Below are positions 29,098 through 39,605 of a stretch of DNA of 64,000 bases, in pieces (position 1 is the stretch's first letter; every line of letters starts with the position of its first letter). The notes under the pieces are model-generated. The model did no database searches, had not been told where the DNA came from, and saw only the letters and a list, made by a program, of their open reading frames with translations. The position numbers and the translations under genes were made by a program. The stretch is from the IMG/VR virus record IMGVR_UViG_3300007511_000003, positions 1 to 64,000 of that record; one strand, written 5' to 3'. The stretch comes from a virus.

Positions 29098-29217
29098 ATG
29101 CCAACGAAGAGACGACACTATACCCTCAAAACGTTGGTCCATCTCTGGCATCAAACTAACCTCGTGTTACCAATCATATTCTTCCTATTAGGATTGTTTA
29201 TCGGTTGGTGGCTTTAA
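29098..29217 (+). CDS. 39-aa membrane peptide
   Basis: MPTKRRHYTLKTLVHLWHQTNLVLPIIFFLLGLFIGWWL; below the ORF-track cut-off. Confidence 0.5.
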   Translation: MPTKRRHYTLKTLVHLWHQTNLVLPIIFFLLGLFIGWWL

Positions 29218-29235
29218 TCATGGGAGAGCCGACCC

Positions 29236-31704
29236 TTGATACAGTTCACTCGTTTGCGTTTGGCCAATATTGTTTATTACCGGGAAGCCTCCCTTGACCT
29301 AGACCATCGTGGTCTTACGGTAATCCGAGGCCAAAACTTTAATGTCCCAGCCGGACTCAAGAAGTCCAACGGTAGTGGTAAATCCCTCCTCGTTTCAACC
29401 ATCCCCAACCTGCTGTATTCCAGTTCCCCCATCATCTGGCAAAACAAATCCAGGGCCAAGAAAGACATACACCGTAAAGGTAGCCGGATCCAACTCGATT
29501 TGACCATCGACGGTGACAACTATGAGCTGGAGAAAGGTCAGAGAGGAGCGTCCCTTAAGTACCGGATACACAAAAACAAAGACAACCTAGAACCACGCAC
29601 AACGACTATAGCCGAGGAAATGGTCCAGCAGATCGTCCCTATTAATGAGGAGCAGTTCTGGTCCCTGGTCTACCTTGACAGTCGCAGACCGTTTGTCCTC
29701 CACATGGGTACAGTTGCTCAGCGTATGTCCTTCTTCAGTGACCTGTTTGTTTTAGATGATTTTGACCAGTTGAAGGGTAGGGTACAGAAGCAAATCCGGA
29801 AACTCCAGGCGGAACAAGCGGTGTATGAAAGCCGACAAAAAGACGTGGTTGAGCTAACCAGTAGGGTACAGGATATTGATATTACCCAACTGAGGGTCCG
29901 GCATGACAGGTACCAAAAGGAACTGAAGTCCTTGGTCAAAGGACAGGACCATAGGCACAAGGCTATCGCAGACCTCCGGCTGGCAGTGTCCCACCAAACA
30001 GAGGCACTGGATAAATTATCTGGTTTGACTGCTGAATACCTTGCCTCAATAGACCGCCCAATCACTATATTTGACATGACCGCCTCAGAGTTATTGGAGT
30101 TCCGGGATTCTCTGGGGGCCAAGATAACCGGGTTAGAACAAAAGCATGAAGCACACCAAGAGTGGAGGCATTGGCGCCGATCTACGAAAGCCTACAGAGA
30201 CCAGCTCAAGCATATTACGGGCCAGAAAAAGGGCTTATCAAAGCCTCCAAAAGATGGGCAACAACAGATCGAACAGGACCGGCAACAACGATCTGACCTC
30301 CGATCCAAGTTACGAGAAACGCGAGCCCAGTATGAGAAGGTAGGTCGCCGGATTAAATCCGCCCGCAGAGAACGCAAGCAATACGGGGAGGCGTTGGGTC
30401 GAGTAACAGGTCCGTGTAAGGACCTAGGGCTGGACCTAGAGGAGTTAGGGGTCCAAGGGACCCTACAGAAGTTATCTGGGGTCCTAGGGGACCTACGGGG
30501 GCAGGAACGCGACTTTAAACGTTCCCTTCACTTAATGTCCCAACACATGGAACACGCTGAGGGTGGCCAGTGTACGGTGTGTCAACAGGACTTGTCCAAG
30601 GTTCAAGCGGAATCCATCCATGATACCCTTCGCAAACGTTTGAGCCAGTTACGTGCCAAGCGTAAACGTAGGGAATCTCTGGTACAGAAGCTACAAGAGG
30701 TACCAGAGGTTATTACCTATGACCACCTCAAGGAACAACAGCAGGAACTGAGAGACCATTATAATCAACTATGCAGTCAGAAAGATAAACGAAAGGACCG
30801 CTCCAGAGAGTTCGACAAATGGAGGGCATGGTGGGACCTTGACAACCAGGAACAGGCATTACGTGTACCCAAGAGAACGGGTGAACAAGCGTCGGATCCC
30901 TCTAAAATCGAGAACGAATTAAGGGACCTACGCTGGATGTACGGCCAGCTGGAGTCTTTGGTTTACGTGGTACCCAAGTTGGTGGCCCTGTGGGACCAGT
31001 TCGGTACACGAGACGTGTCCAAATTGCGGGCTAAACGGCAGCATCTGGAACAAAAGGTTGACCAACAGAAAACCCGATTGATGGACCTTCAACGGAGAAC
31101 CCCACGTTTACAGGTCAAGATAGAGCAGTATGAACAGGATACCAAGAGGCTGGCGGACCTGGAGGCGGAGGGCCAAAAATTGAAGGATCGTCTCAAGGAC
31201 CTACCTGTTCTCAAGATGCTGTCTGATGCGTATTCCCCTAAGGGCCTAAAGTCCCTGGTGGTCCAACAGTTGGCAGAAACAGTACAACAGAATATGAACG
31301 TCTATGCTCGACACCTGTTCCATGAACCAACGGAGTTCGAGTTCCAGATAGGACCGAACAAGTTTGACGTGTTGTTTCATAGGGTAGAAGGTAGTAAAAC
31401 GGTGACGGCTGATGTGAGGTCCCTCAGTGGTGCGGAAGGGCGGGCGTTTAATATGCTGCTTTTGCTTGGTGTCCTGCCCCTAATTCCGGCCAACAAGCGT
31501 ACCAACATTCTCGTGCTTGATGAGATGACGGCTAACATGGATGAAGGTGGACGGGACCTGTTTATCCAGGAATTCTTACCCGCCCTCAACAGGGTGATCC
31601 CTCACATCATTGTGGTTACACCAACTGACGAGGAGTACCCACAGGCCCGGGAGTTTGTGGCCCAAAAGAAAGGCCAAAAGATGCGGTTTATCCCTGTTAT
31701 GTAA
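29236..31704 (+). CDS. sbcC: SbcC/Rad50-like ATPase
   Basis: NGSGKS Walker A, coiled coil with CTVC hook, LSGAE signature, LVLDE Walker B. Confidence 0.88.
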   Translation: MIQFTRLRLANIVYYREASLDLDHRGLTVIRGQNFNVPAGLKKSNGSGKSLLVSTIPNLLYSSSPIIWQNKSRAKKDIHRKGSRIQLDLTIDGDNYELEKGQRGASLKYRIHKNKDNLEPRTTTIAEEMVQQIVPINEEQFWSLVYLDSRRPFVLHMGTVAQRMSFFSDLFVLDDFDQLKGRVQKQIRKLQAEQAVYESRQKDVVELTSRVQDIDITQLRVRHDRYQKELKSLVKGQDHRHKAIADLRLAVSHQTEALDKLSGLTAEYLASIDRPITIFDMTASELLEFRDSLGAKITGLEQKHEAHQEWRHWRRSTKAYRDQLKHITGQKKGLSKPPKDGQQQIEQDRQQRSDLRSKLRETRAQYEKVGRRIKSARRERKQYGEALGRVTGPCKDLGLDLEELGVQGTLQKLSGVLGDLRGQERDFKRSLHLMSQHMEHAEGGQCTVCQQDLSKVQAESIHDTLRKRLSQLRAKRKRRESLVQKLQEVPEVITYDHLKEQQQELRDHYNQLCSQKDKRKDRSREFDKWRAWWDLDNQEQALRVPKRTGEQASDPSKIENELRDLRWMYGQLESLVYVVPKLVALWDQFGTRDVSKLRAKRQHLEQKVDQQKTRLMDLQRRTPRLQVKIEQYEQDTKRLADLEAEGQKLKDRLKDLPVLKMLSDAYSPKGLKSLVVQQLAETVQQNMNVYARHLFHEPTEFEFQIGPNKFDVLFHRVEGSKTVTADVRSLSGAEGRAFNMLLLLGVLPLIPANKRTNILVLDEMTANMDEGGRDLFIQEFLPALNRVIPHIIVVTPTDEEYPQAREFVAQKKGQKMRFIPVM

Positions 31705-31734
31705 ATAGGTAGAAACCAACACACTAGGAGAAAC

Positions 31735-31968
31735 GTGATGCACAATAAACCAATGGATGTTAATCTTCTTCCAGCATTGGCTGGTGGGTTGCAAGGCGGC
31801 ATAGCCATGAATGATGCTCAACGTATGGTGTCCCAGTTGCAGGAGTCTCAAGGAGGTCGGCGCCGTTCTATGTCCACCGGCACCTTGACCGCCAAGCAAA
31901 AGGCCATCCGTAACAAAAAGCGGTGCCAGCAAAAGAAGAGCCGTCGGGCGAACAGACCAAAGAAGTAA
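31735..31968 (+). CDS. small basic hypothetical protein
   Basis: GGAG RBS; Lys/Arg-rich C-terminus. Confidence 0.45.
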   Translation: MMHNKPMDVNLLPALAGGLQGGIAMNDAQRMVSQLQESQGGRRRSMSTGTLTAKQKAIRNKKRCQQKKSRRANRPKK

Positions 31969-31971
31969 TCC

Positions 31972-32226
31972 ATGGAGACCTATGTTCGTCGTAAATGGTT
32001 GAACCCGAAAGGGCCCCAGACGAGTTCGGTTACTGCCTTCCACGGCGAGTCCTACTGGGGTAGGACTCTACGACCCACTACATTTCTTAACATCAAGGAT
32101 TGTAACCATTCGGTTAAACTCCACGTCTACTCGGATGATAAACACCACCGGAAGTTTATCAAGAAACTCTGCAGGTTGGCCCGCGAGATTACACGGTTCG
32201 CCGACTGGTTGGAGCGTCAACAATAG
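31972..32226 (+). CDS. hypothetical protein
   Basis: RKWLN...I.DC..SV.LH...F.KKL pattern seen in phage hypotheticals. Confidence 0.5.
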   Translation: METYVRRKWLNPKGPQTSSVTAFHGESYWGRTLRPTTFLNIKDCNHSVKLHVYSDDKHHRKFIKKLCRLAREITRFADWLERQQ

Positions 32227-32234
32227 GAGCCGAC

Positions 32235-34160
32235 ATGCCGATCAGTTATATCAGTACACTCAACAGAGAGCAGAAGGTGGCAGCCACCTACCTTGGTCCC
32301 AAGAAAAACGTCTTGTTACTGGCTGGAGCCGGGACCGGGAAGACCCGAACCTTGGTGGCACGCGCTGAACACCTCATGCGTCAAGGGGTACGGCCCAACA
32401 GGATTGCTCTCCTGACGTTTACCCGACGGGCCACCCATGAAATGAAAGACCGCCTTCAACAGGTGATGCCTAAGAACACCAACCAGCAAGCAGGGCCCGT
32501 TGTACACACCTTCCACATGTTTTGCATGATGATGTTGCGTCGGCACTGGAAGCAGCTCAAGTTTGACACCAAGATGGTTATCATTGACCAGGAAGACCAG
32601 CTGACGCTTATGAAATACGCCCTCGGAACTGTCAAACGACCAGAGGACATGCCCAAGATTTGGGACCTCATGAACTACTATTCTTATGCTCGCAACACAG
32701 GCATCGCGCCTGCCGAATGGTTGCGTAAAGCCCTTCCACAACAGGCTCACCCATTAATTCCGGCCATCCTCCAAATATTTCGGGCTTATAGTGACCGAAA
32801 GAAAGCCCGCGGTTACATGGATTTCGATGACATGCTGTACATGGTGGCACGTAGGCTGAAGCGGAGTAACCGTATTCGGTCCTATGTTGCCGGTCTGTTT
32901 GACCACATGTTGGTGGACGAGATGCAAGATACTAACCACCTTCAGTGGACGATCCTTCATCAGTTGGCACAAGCCGGGGTGCGTCTGTTTTGTGTAGGCG
33001 ACGATGCGCAGTCCGTATACGCGTTCAGAGGTGCCGACTTCCAAAACGTCCACAACTTTGTCGCCAAGATTCCCAACGCCGTGAAACTCAAGCTCGAGTT
33101 GAATTACCGCTCAACCCAAGAGATACTGGATTTGGCCAACCATATGCTGGCCCAAAGCGATCTGAACTATGACAAGAAGCTGGAAGCCTATAGAGGCCCT
33201 GGGAATGATCCACAGGTTTGGGGCTTTCAGGACCCGACGGTAGAAGGACAGTGGATACAAGAGGACATTTCCAAACGGCATAAAGCCGGTGCCAAGTGGG
33301 GAGATCATATGGTGCTAGTAAGAACCGCCTACCAAGCCCGTGACCTCGAGGGCTTCCTCTTAAACGAGAAAATTCCCTACCGGATGATTGGTGGTAAAGG
33401 TCTGTTGGGTACACAACACGTCCGAGACTTTCTGTCCATGATACGCGCCGCCCGATCACATCGCGCTGACATCCACTGGACCCGATACCTCAACCTGTGG
33501 CCACGTATTGGTCAGGTAACATCCACTCGGTTGGTAGAGGCTGTTGAGCGGTGTGCCAATGTTGGGGAAGCCCTTAACCGAGTGGATGAAATCCTGGGCC
33601 GTAAAATGGTCACAGATGGCCTACGCAGTATTGCCCGGAACCGGAAGTCCCCTATACGCGCCCTCCGCGCTGCGAGGAAGCACTTTGATCCAATTCTGGC
33701 CGCAAAGTATAAGGACGAATGGGAAAACAGGAGGAAGGACCTGGAGGTCGTTGTCAAGCTCAGCGAGAAGTTCAAGACCTTGACCCAGTTTCTGGAGTCT
33801 TACACGATTGACCCCATCACCGAGAAGGGTGTTGATGCCAACGATGGGCTCGTAACCATCATCACCACCCACTCTGCCAAAGGTGCTGAAGCCCCTACGT
33901 GTTACGTGATGGGTGCCCAGCCTGGTTTCTTCCCACATGAACGTAGCCTCCACGATCCAGAAGAGGTTGAGGAGGAGCGGCGGGTGTTTTATGTCGCCCT
34001 CACTCGGGCCGAGAACAATCTGATACTTACCCGCACCCGCAGTGCGTTGGCTTACGGACCAGAGTTTCTGGTGGCAGGGGCTGGGTCCGCCTACCGTGAG
34101 ATGGAAGAGCGTTTGGAAGACAGTCAAGGGTCTGTGATGTTAGTCGACAGGATTATGTGA
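32235..34160 (+). CDS. uvrD: UvrD/PcrA-family SF1 helicase
   Basis: AGAGTGKT, VDEMQD, VGDDAQSVYAFRGA, NYRS, HSAKG.E, EERRVFYVALTRA. Confidence 0.92.
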   Translation: MPISYISTLNREQKVAATYLGPKKNVLLLAGAGTGKTRTLVARAEHLMRQGVRPNRIALLTFTRRATHEMKDRLQQVMPKNTNQQAGPVVHTFHMFCMMMLRRHWKQLKFDTKMVIIDQEDQLTLMKYALGTVKRPEDMPKIWDLMNYYSYARNTGIAPAEWLRKALPQQAHPLIPAILQIFRAYSDRKKARGYMDFDDMLYMVARRLKRSNRIRSYVAGLFDHMLVDEMQDTNHLQWTILHQLAQAGVRLFCVGDDAQSVYAFRGADFQNVHNFVAKIPNAVKLKLELNYRSTQEILDLANHMLAQSDLNYDKKLEAYRGPGNDPQVWGFQDPTVEGQWIQEDISKRHKAGAKWGDHMVLVRTAYQARDLEGFLLNEKIPYRMIGGKGLLGTQHVRDFLSMIRAARSHRADIHWTRYLNLWPRIGQVTSTRLVEAVERCANVGEALNRVDEILGRKMVTDGLRSIARNRKSPIRALRAARKHFDPILAAKYKDEWENRRKDLEVVVKLSEKFKTLTQFLESYTIDPITEKGVDANDGLVTIITTHSAKGAEAPTCYVMGAQPGFFPHERSLHDPEEVEEERRVFYVALTRAENNLILTRTRSALAYGPEFLVAGAGSAYREMEERLEDSQGSVMLVDRIM

Positions 34161-34166
34161 AGGGCC

Positions 34167-34664
34167 ATGTCAAGCCTAACCGTAGGATCACGCGGTTTTC
34201 TCCTTCCAGGGCTTGAAAAACCCGTCGTCGTGTCTAACAAGGATTGGGATCTCATGGTTATGGCGGTGTGTCGTGACCTACAGAGTCTTAGTATCACCTC
34301 AGGTTCTCGGTGTTTATTGGTGGCACCTACCGGACCACACCCATTAAGTGCCCTCTTGAGTGAGGGCATTTTGAGGGTTCCTGCCTCTGTCTTGGCAGTC
34401 GGGGAATACAAACCACATATTCCTTGTGCTTTGAACCTGCTCCAACATGGACATTTTAACACCTTAATAATTGGGCAACGTGGTGCCAAGTTATTGTTAG
34501 ACGCAAGGAGGTCGTACGAGGCGGTTATCGAACCCTTGTCACCCCTTGCCTTGGACCAAGTTGTAGTCTTTGGTCCAATTAAAGACCGACAGCCAATAAG
34601 AATGCCAGGATTTAGTCATCAGGTTAAAAGGTTACAAACACCTGGTGTCCTACCTTGTTTGTAA
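34167..34664 (+). CDS. hypothetical protein
   Basis: ORF tightly packed in the operon. Confidence 0.45.
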   Translation: MSSLTVGSRGFLLPGLEKPVVVSNKDWDLMVMAVCRDLQSLSITSGSRCLLVAPTGPHPLSALLSEGILRVPASVLAVGEYKPHIPCALNLLQHGHFNTLIIGQRGAKLLLDARRSYEAVIEPLSPLALDQVVVFGPIKDRQPIRMPGFSHQVKRLQTPGVLPCL

Positions 34665-34696
34665 ATAAAAGGCAGAGACCATCTATAGGAGTCGAT

Positions 34697-35761
34697 ATGA
34701 AAGCATTGTATGGAGTAACAACACACGGGATGGAATTTGTCGCCAAAGCCGTGTCCCGGTACAAAAGGAGCCTCCCGGAGGCCAAACAAAAGCGGTTGAA
34801 GACTCAACTGTTAGGGTTCGACGAAAAGATTAATCCACGTGCGTTGGTAGTCCTGGTACCAACGCTCCAGTGGTTCTTGCAAAACCTACGGGAGTTTAAC
34901 AAGAGTCGGGCGGTGGTATTCGTGTTCGACAACCCCGTCCAGTGTGACATGTTGGATCCCATCAACCTGTTAGATGTCCGCGAGATGCGTCATAGTTACC
35001 AATATGAACTCCAGCAACTGACGTTCGATGACATCCGCGAGGCTATCCAAAAGGGACTTAATAATAGGCACCAGGTGGAGGTGACCCGTGAAACAGTGGA
35101 CATGATCCCTCGGATGTTGTACACAACCAGGGTGTCCTTCTTGAGTCCCCTCCAGACCTTCCTGTACCGCATCCCGGACACGACTGTCCGGGCAAAGGCT
35201 CGAATTTGGATCTTCCGTTGGATGGCATCAAAACGGACGCCGGAAGAACTTGAGCAGAAGCTCGCCCGTGTGATAGGGTATGACAAAACGCCTGTATCGG
35301 TGACACGTATCCTGGAGTTCTTTGAAACCGACACTGGACAGAAAGGACGGGCGGCACTGGCCGAGTATGTCAAAGGTAAGAAGGTTGGCAAGGCACCAGG
35401 TTACGCCTTGTTGTCAAAAACGCATGGTTTGGATGCCTTCGACATCAAGTTTGTGGTGAGGGCCATGCGGAAGGCAGATTACTGGCAGTTTCCAGAGAAA
35501 GACGCCATGGAGCTTTTTAAGACACGGAAGCTTCCACAAGCCCAGGCCAAGCTCTATGGCTTCATCCTAAGCTACCAGGATGAACATGGAATGTTGCCGA
35601 CAGTAACGGAATTGTCGGCTCACAGCGGAATGGCCAAGTCGGGACTGCCCACGGCTGTCCGTAAGTTGGAGGGCCGTGGTTATGTTAGACTCCCTTCCGC
35701 CAAAAGTAGGATCCAATTAATCGAACGTACGACAGAAGCTGAAACAGAGGTAGACGTATGA
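34697..35761 (+). CDS. protein with a C-terminal LexA-type winged HTH
   Basis: Q..LY.FI..Y..EHG..PTV.EL......S.....V.KLE..GYV; start reassigned after GGAG. Confidence 0.55.
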   Translation: MKALYGVTTHGMEFVAKAVSRYKRSLPEAKQKRLKTQLLGFDEKINPRALVVLVPTLQWFLQNLREFNKSRAVVFVFDNPVQCDMLDPINLLDVREMRHSYQYELQQLTFDDIREAIQKGLNNRHQVEVTRETVDMIPRMLYTTRVSFLSPLQTFLYRIPDTTVRAKARIWIFRWMASKRTPEELEQKLARVIGYDKTPVSVTRILEFFETDTGQKGRAALAEYVKGKKVGKAPGYALLSKTHGLDAFDIKFVVRAMRKADYWQFPEKDAMELFKTRKLPQAQAKLYGFILSYQDEHGMLPTVTELSAHSGMAKSGLPTAVRKLEGRGYVRLPSAKSRIQLIERTTEAETEVDV

Positions 35762-36153
35762 CCAACCCAAAAGATTTGACTCTCAATGAGTACCAACAGT
35801 TAGCTGGTAGAACTGCCAGCACTACCAGCAGTTCTTTGGAAGACCTCGAACATGGAGTGATGGGGCTCGTCACTGAGGCTGGTGAATTGACGGATGCCTT
35901 CAAACGCCATCGGTTCTACGGCAAGGAACTGGATATTGACAATATCCGAGAGGAACTGGGTGACCTCCTTTGGTACCTCGCGTTGGCTGCTCATGGAACA
36001 GGCCTTTCTCTCGGTGCCATTGCCGACATGAACATCCGTAAGTTGAAAGCCCGTTATCCCGAAGGCTTCACCCAAGAAGCAGCTCTCAACAGGGATATAG
36101 AGGCAGAACAGGAGGCAATGACACCGAGAGAAAGTCTGGCTGAGGACTGGTAG
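35758..36153 (+). CDS. MazG-like NTP pyrophosphohydrolase
   Basis: GL..EAGE...EELGDLLWY...NI.KL..RYP. Confidence 0.85.
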   Translation: MTNPKDLTLNEYQQLAGRTASTTSSSLEDLEHGVMGLVTEAGELTDAFKRHRFYGKELDIDNIREELGDLLWYLALAAHGTGLSLGAIADMNIRKLKARYPEGFTQEAALNRDIEAEQEAMTPRESLAEDW

Positions 36154-36163
36154 GGAGACCATA

Positions 36164-36385
36164 ATGTTGTTTAAGGTAGGGAACAAGGTCTTCACAACCC
36201 AGGACGGTCCTCTATTAGTTGTATTTACCGCCGAAGATCTTGAGAACATCAGGAACATGGAACCAAAGGCCCGACGGTATGCCATCTTTGATAGCTGTCA
36301 CTTTGAAGGCAAGGCACATATCGAGGCATGGATGAAGGATACACCAACAGGGGAAGACCCCACAGAATTTGGAGCCGACTTATGA
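36164..36385 (+). CDS. hypothetical protein
   Basis: GGAG RBS, coupled ORF. Confidence 0.5.
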   Translation: MLFKVGNKVFTTQDGPLLVVFTAEDLENIRNMEPKARRYAIFDSCHFEGKAHIEAWMKDTPTGEDPTEFGADL

Positions 36386-36552
36386 AAGCACACAGATACC
36401 ACGATTTTTGCGCTGGCCACCGCGTGGTTGGCCACGAAAACAAATGCCGTCACCTCCATGGCCACAACTACCGGGTGACTTTTTACTGTGAATCCCAAGA
36501 GTTGGATGGTGTTGGTCGTGTTGTTGATTTTGGAGGACGTAACCATGGGTAA
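36382..36552 (+). pseudogene. queD: truncated QueD (N-terminal ~51 aa only)
   Basis: FCAGHR...KC.HLHGHNY...VVDFG, then an early stop. Confidence 0.75.
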
Positions 36553-37078
36553 CACCTTCACGATTACACGAAAAATTGAAATTGATGCGGGTCATCGTGT
36601 CCAAACACATGGGTCCAAGTGCCGTAACATTCACGGTCATCGTTATACCGTCGAAGCCGTGTGTAAAGGGTTCCTTTACTTGGAAGGGGAACAAACGGAC
36701 ATGGTGGTGGATTTTGGGTTCTTGAAGACCTGCATGATGGATATTATTGATGTAGGGTGTGATCATGGTTTTATTCTGTCCATCCAAGATCAGCAGCTTT
36801 GTCCGGTATTCATCCATGACTTTGGCCGACACGTCTCTGCCATACAGAAAGCGTGTGATGAGAAGGGGTATTGGAATTCGCAAGAAAGTGACGTTGAGAC
36901 TCTCCAAGGTACCAAGATTTATGTGGTACAGGGCATTCCAACCGCAGAGGTCTTGGCACAACACTGGTACCAACGTCTCAAAGAAGAGGTTCAAAAGAAA
37001 TTTGGAAAGGATATCCTACACCAAGTGCGGGTGTATGAAACACCTAACAGTTGTGCAGTATATCCCGGACACGTTTAG
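36545..37078 (+). CDS. queD: 6-carboxytetrahydropterin synthase QueD
   Basis: DAGHR, KCRNIHGHRY, MVVDFG, DHG, PTAE.LA, VYETP motifs; GGAGG RBS. Confidence 0.88.
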   Translation: MGNTFTITRKIEIDAGHRVQTHGSKCRNIHGHRYTVEAVCKGFLYLEGEQTDMVVDFGFLKTCMMDIIDVGCDHGFILSIQDQQLCPVFIHDFGRHVSAIQKACDEKGYWNSQESDVETLQGTKIYVVQGIPTAEVLAQHWYQRLKEEVQKKFGKDILHQVRVYETPNSCAVYPGHV

Positions 37079-38243
37079 GTTCCATGTGGTACCAGTTATG
37101 TGGTAACGGGAGTCGGCTACCAGCAGGGTCCATCACAAGGAGTTTAAATCGGAATCCAGCTTTTAAGCAGGCTTTCGCTTTGGCTTGAGTCATTTCCAAT
37201 CTGGACCTTCTACCACAGAAGGTCCATAAGGATTTGACTTCCACTAATATGTTACGTATAGGAATCCAAAGGTCTGGATAGTATTTCCTATTACGTCCAC
37301 CCAAATGGTAGGGAACCACAGGTAGATTATCATTGGCGCTCGTTTTTATATTTTCGGCAGGTATTTCTGTATTGGCCAAAATCCAAAGGATGGCTTGTGG
37401 TTCATACCCTTGGACTTGCACAAAGCGGTCTCCGAGTTTAAAATCCTTAGGTTGGAAAGCCTTTTGTCGTGCACATACCGGGCACCCTGAACCACGAATA
37501 ACCATGCTTGGTTCAGCTTTCCATGTGTGGTTTTTAACACATTGGTGTCGGATGGCTGAGTTCGCCCCAACATATTTTTCGAGAACTTTAATCGTATTAC
37601 CATGCATGTGTCTTACTTCCCGTAGGTATTGTTGGGGGTGTTTTCTTTTCCGTGATTGGGCACATGAGGGGCAACCACATCCAGAAGTTACTGATTGAGT
37701 TGATGCCGCCCATCGGTGATGACATAGATGGCATTTGTACCGAGATTTTTGTCGAGAACCCGGATTATACTCTAACACTTGGATAGTTGATCCATGGATC
37801 CTTCTTAGCTTTTTCTCGTAGGTAGTTAATGGTACCTTGGTTCCACGATGACGGTCCGCACAAATGGGACAATTGGTAGCTCTCAGTGCTCGGTAGGGAG
37901 AAGTCTCCCAATCGGTACTACACCTAAGGCATCGGTGTAATATAAAATGATTGGCTCCTCGGTATTGTTCCAAGCAAATTAAGTAACCTTGGTGCTTAGC
38001 TTTTAACTGTTCCAAGTAGTCCTCGTGGGTCCATGTTCGATTTCGTGTGTTGCAAGCAGGACAACCAGCACCTCTTAAAATAACGCCTGGTTTGGTGTAC
38101 CATTTATGGTTACACTCAAGGCATTGGTGTAGGATTTTAATTCTTCCTTTGACGTAGGATCCGAGGACTTTAATTTTATTTCCATGTGGTAGCTGTTTGA
38201 TCGCCTTTTTGTAGGTTTCTGTAGTATACTTAACACCGCGCAT
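37044..38243 (-). mobile_element. free-standing putative homing endonuclease (zinc-ribbon repeats + PD-(D/E)xK domain)
   Basis: Four repeats ending in CPxC, C-terminal YYPD...VEVKS; opposite strand, AT-richer, overlaps the queD 3' end. Confidence 0.7.
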
Positions 38244-38318
38244 CCTATTTCTCCCGTGTATAAAAAGGTTATCTATTAAATTAGTATGTAAATAGACTTC
38301 AATAGGGAGGTAAACAAA

Positions 38319-38951
38319 ATGAACGACATTGATTGGGAACAAGAACTAGGGGCTGGAGGCGCCCTCTGGATCCATGACGGCAATGGGCCTCACGCCCTGC
38401 TTACATCTGGCAACCACAGTGATGGCTTCTTCAACGCCAGCCAGGTAATCAAACACCCGACCTTGGTTTTGGATGTTTGTCTCCACTGGAAGGACCTTAT
38501 GGCCTCCCATGACTTTCATTGGGTAATCGGGTCTGCCATGGGAGTAGTAACGTTAGCCCACCAAATGGCTTTAATCCTGGGAGGGTCTATTGGTGGAGAC
38601 GTGTATACAGGCTTTACCGAACCCATGAGGGATGATGACGGCGAGAAGCAAATGGTCCTTAAGAGGTTTACCTTGGAACCGGGCCAACAAGTGTTGGTAG
38701 TCGAGGATGTATTAACCACCGGTGACACCACACGGAAGACCATCCAGGCTATCAAGGTACAAGGAGCCAAGGTAACGATGGTAGCAGTTATACTCAACCG
38801 AAGTGGTCACCGACATATTAATGGCCTACCTATCGTGTCCTTACTTGATAAACAACTCCAGATTTGGCCTCCCCATATGTGCCCACTCTGTGCGGACGGT
38901 TCTGAAGCTGTCCGCCCAAAAGAAAACTGGGACCTGTTAACAGCGTCATGA
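38319..38951 (+). CDS. pyrE: orotate phosphoribosyltransferase
   Basis: LLTSG.HS..F, VLVVEDVLTTG PRPP motif, CPLC...KP-type C-terminus. Confidence 0.8.
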   Translation: MNDIDWEQELGAGGALWIHDGNGPHALLTSGNHSDGFFNASQVIKHPTLVLDVCLHWKDLMASHDFHWVIGSAMGVVTLAHQMALILGGSIGGDVYTGFTEPMRDDDGEKQMVLKRFTLEPGQQVLVVEDVLTTGDTTRKTIQAIKVQGAKVTMVAVILNRSGHRHINGLPIVSLLDKQLQIWPPHMCPLCADGSEAVRPKENWDLLTAS

Positions 38952-39160
38952 GTGCCTCGGAGTTAGAAAACTGGTACCGATCCCAAGTTACCACTGCTTC
39001 ACCTTCCATTGTACAAGGAATACGAAACTTGAAGGGTATCTTACAAACGGGACAATACACAAGAACCCTATCTGCTGACAACCAATTGTTGGTAGTGGTT
39101 TTAATGAAAAACAACCAACCTGTTTGGCGGTATGAACTCTGGGTTTTGGAGACGTTATGA
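38948..39160 (+). CDS. hypothetical protein
   Basis: ATGA-coupled ORF. Confidence 0.45.
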   Translation: MSASELENWYRSQVTTASPSIVQGIRNLKGILQTGQYTRTLSADNQLLVVVLMKNNQPVWRYELWVLETL

Positions 39161-39603
39161 CAGACGAGCAAATGCAGCAACTGTTGGATAAAGTGGTTCG
39201 GTTGGCAACGGAGGACGGTTATCCCCCCGAACTGACGAACAAGAACAACCTGCTTGACGCCCGTACAATGAAGATGACGACCACTGAGGAAACGTTCATC
39301 CGCCATTTCATTGAGGCTTACAGTTCCAAAGCCGGTATCATTTGTGTGATGGAACATGCTCTCGATGTATGGATGCGTCGGTATGAGGTACTTGAAAATA
39401 GTACCACTTATCACTACGCAGTGGTAACAGTACCAACACAACAGGGGTACGCTTTACGTCCGATTTACCAATCCAATAAGGATGGACATGGCTTTGATGC
39501 CCTCGGTCTTTTGAAGGACCAACCACCGGGGTCTATTGTGACCTTTCACACAGACCTGACGGCAGAACGGTTTTTTGCTGCCATGGATATATTGAAAGGA
39601 TAA
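39157..39603 (+). CDS. hypothetical protein
   Basis: ATGA-coupled ORF with GGAG. Confidence 0.5.
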   Translation: MTDEQMQQLLDKVVRLATEDGYPPELTNKNNLLDARTMKMTTTEETFIRHFIEAYSSKAGIICVMEHALDVWMRRYEVLENSTTYHYAVVTVPTQQGYALRPIYQSNKDGHGFDALGLLKDQPPGSIVTFHTDLTAERFFAAMDILKG

Positions 39604-39605
39604 GA

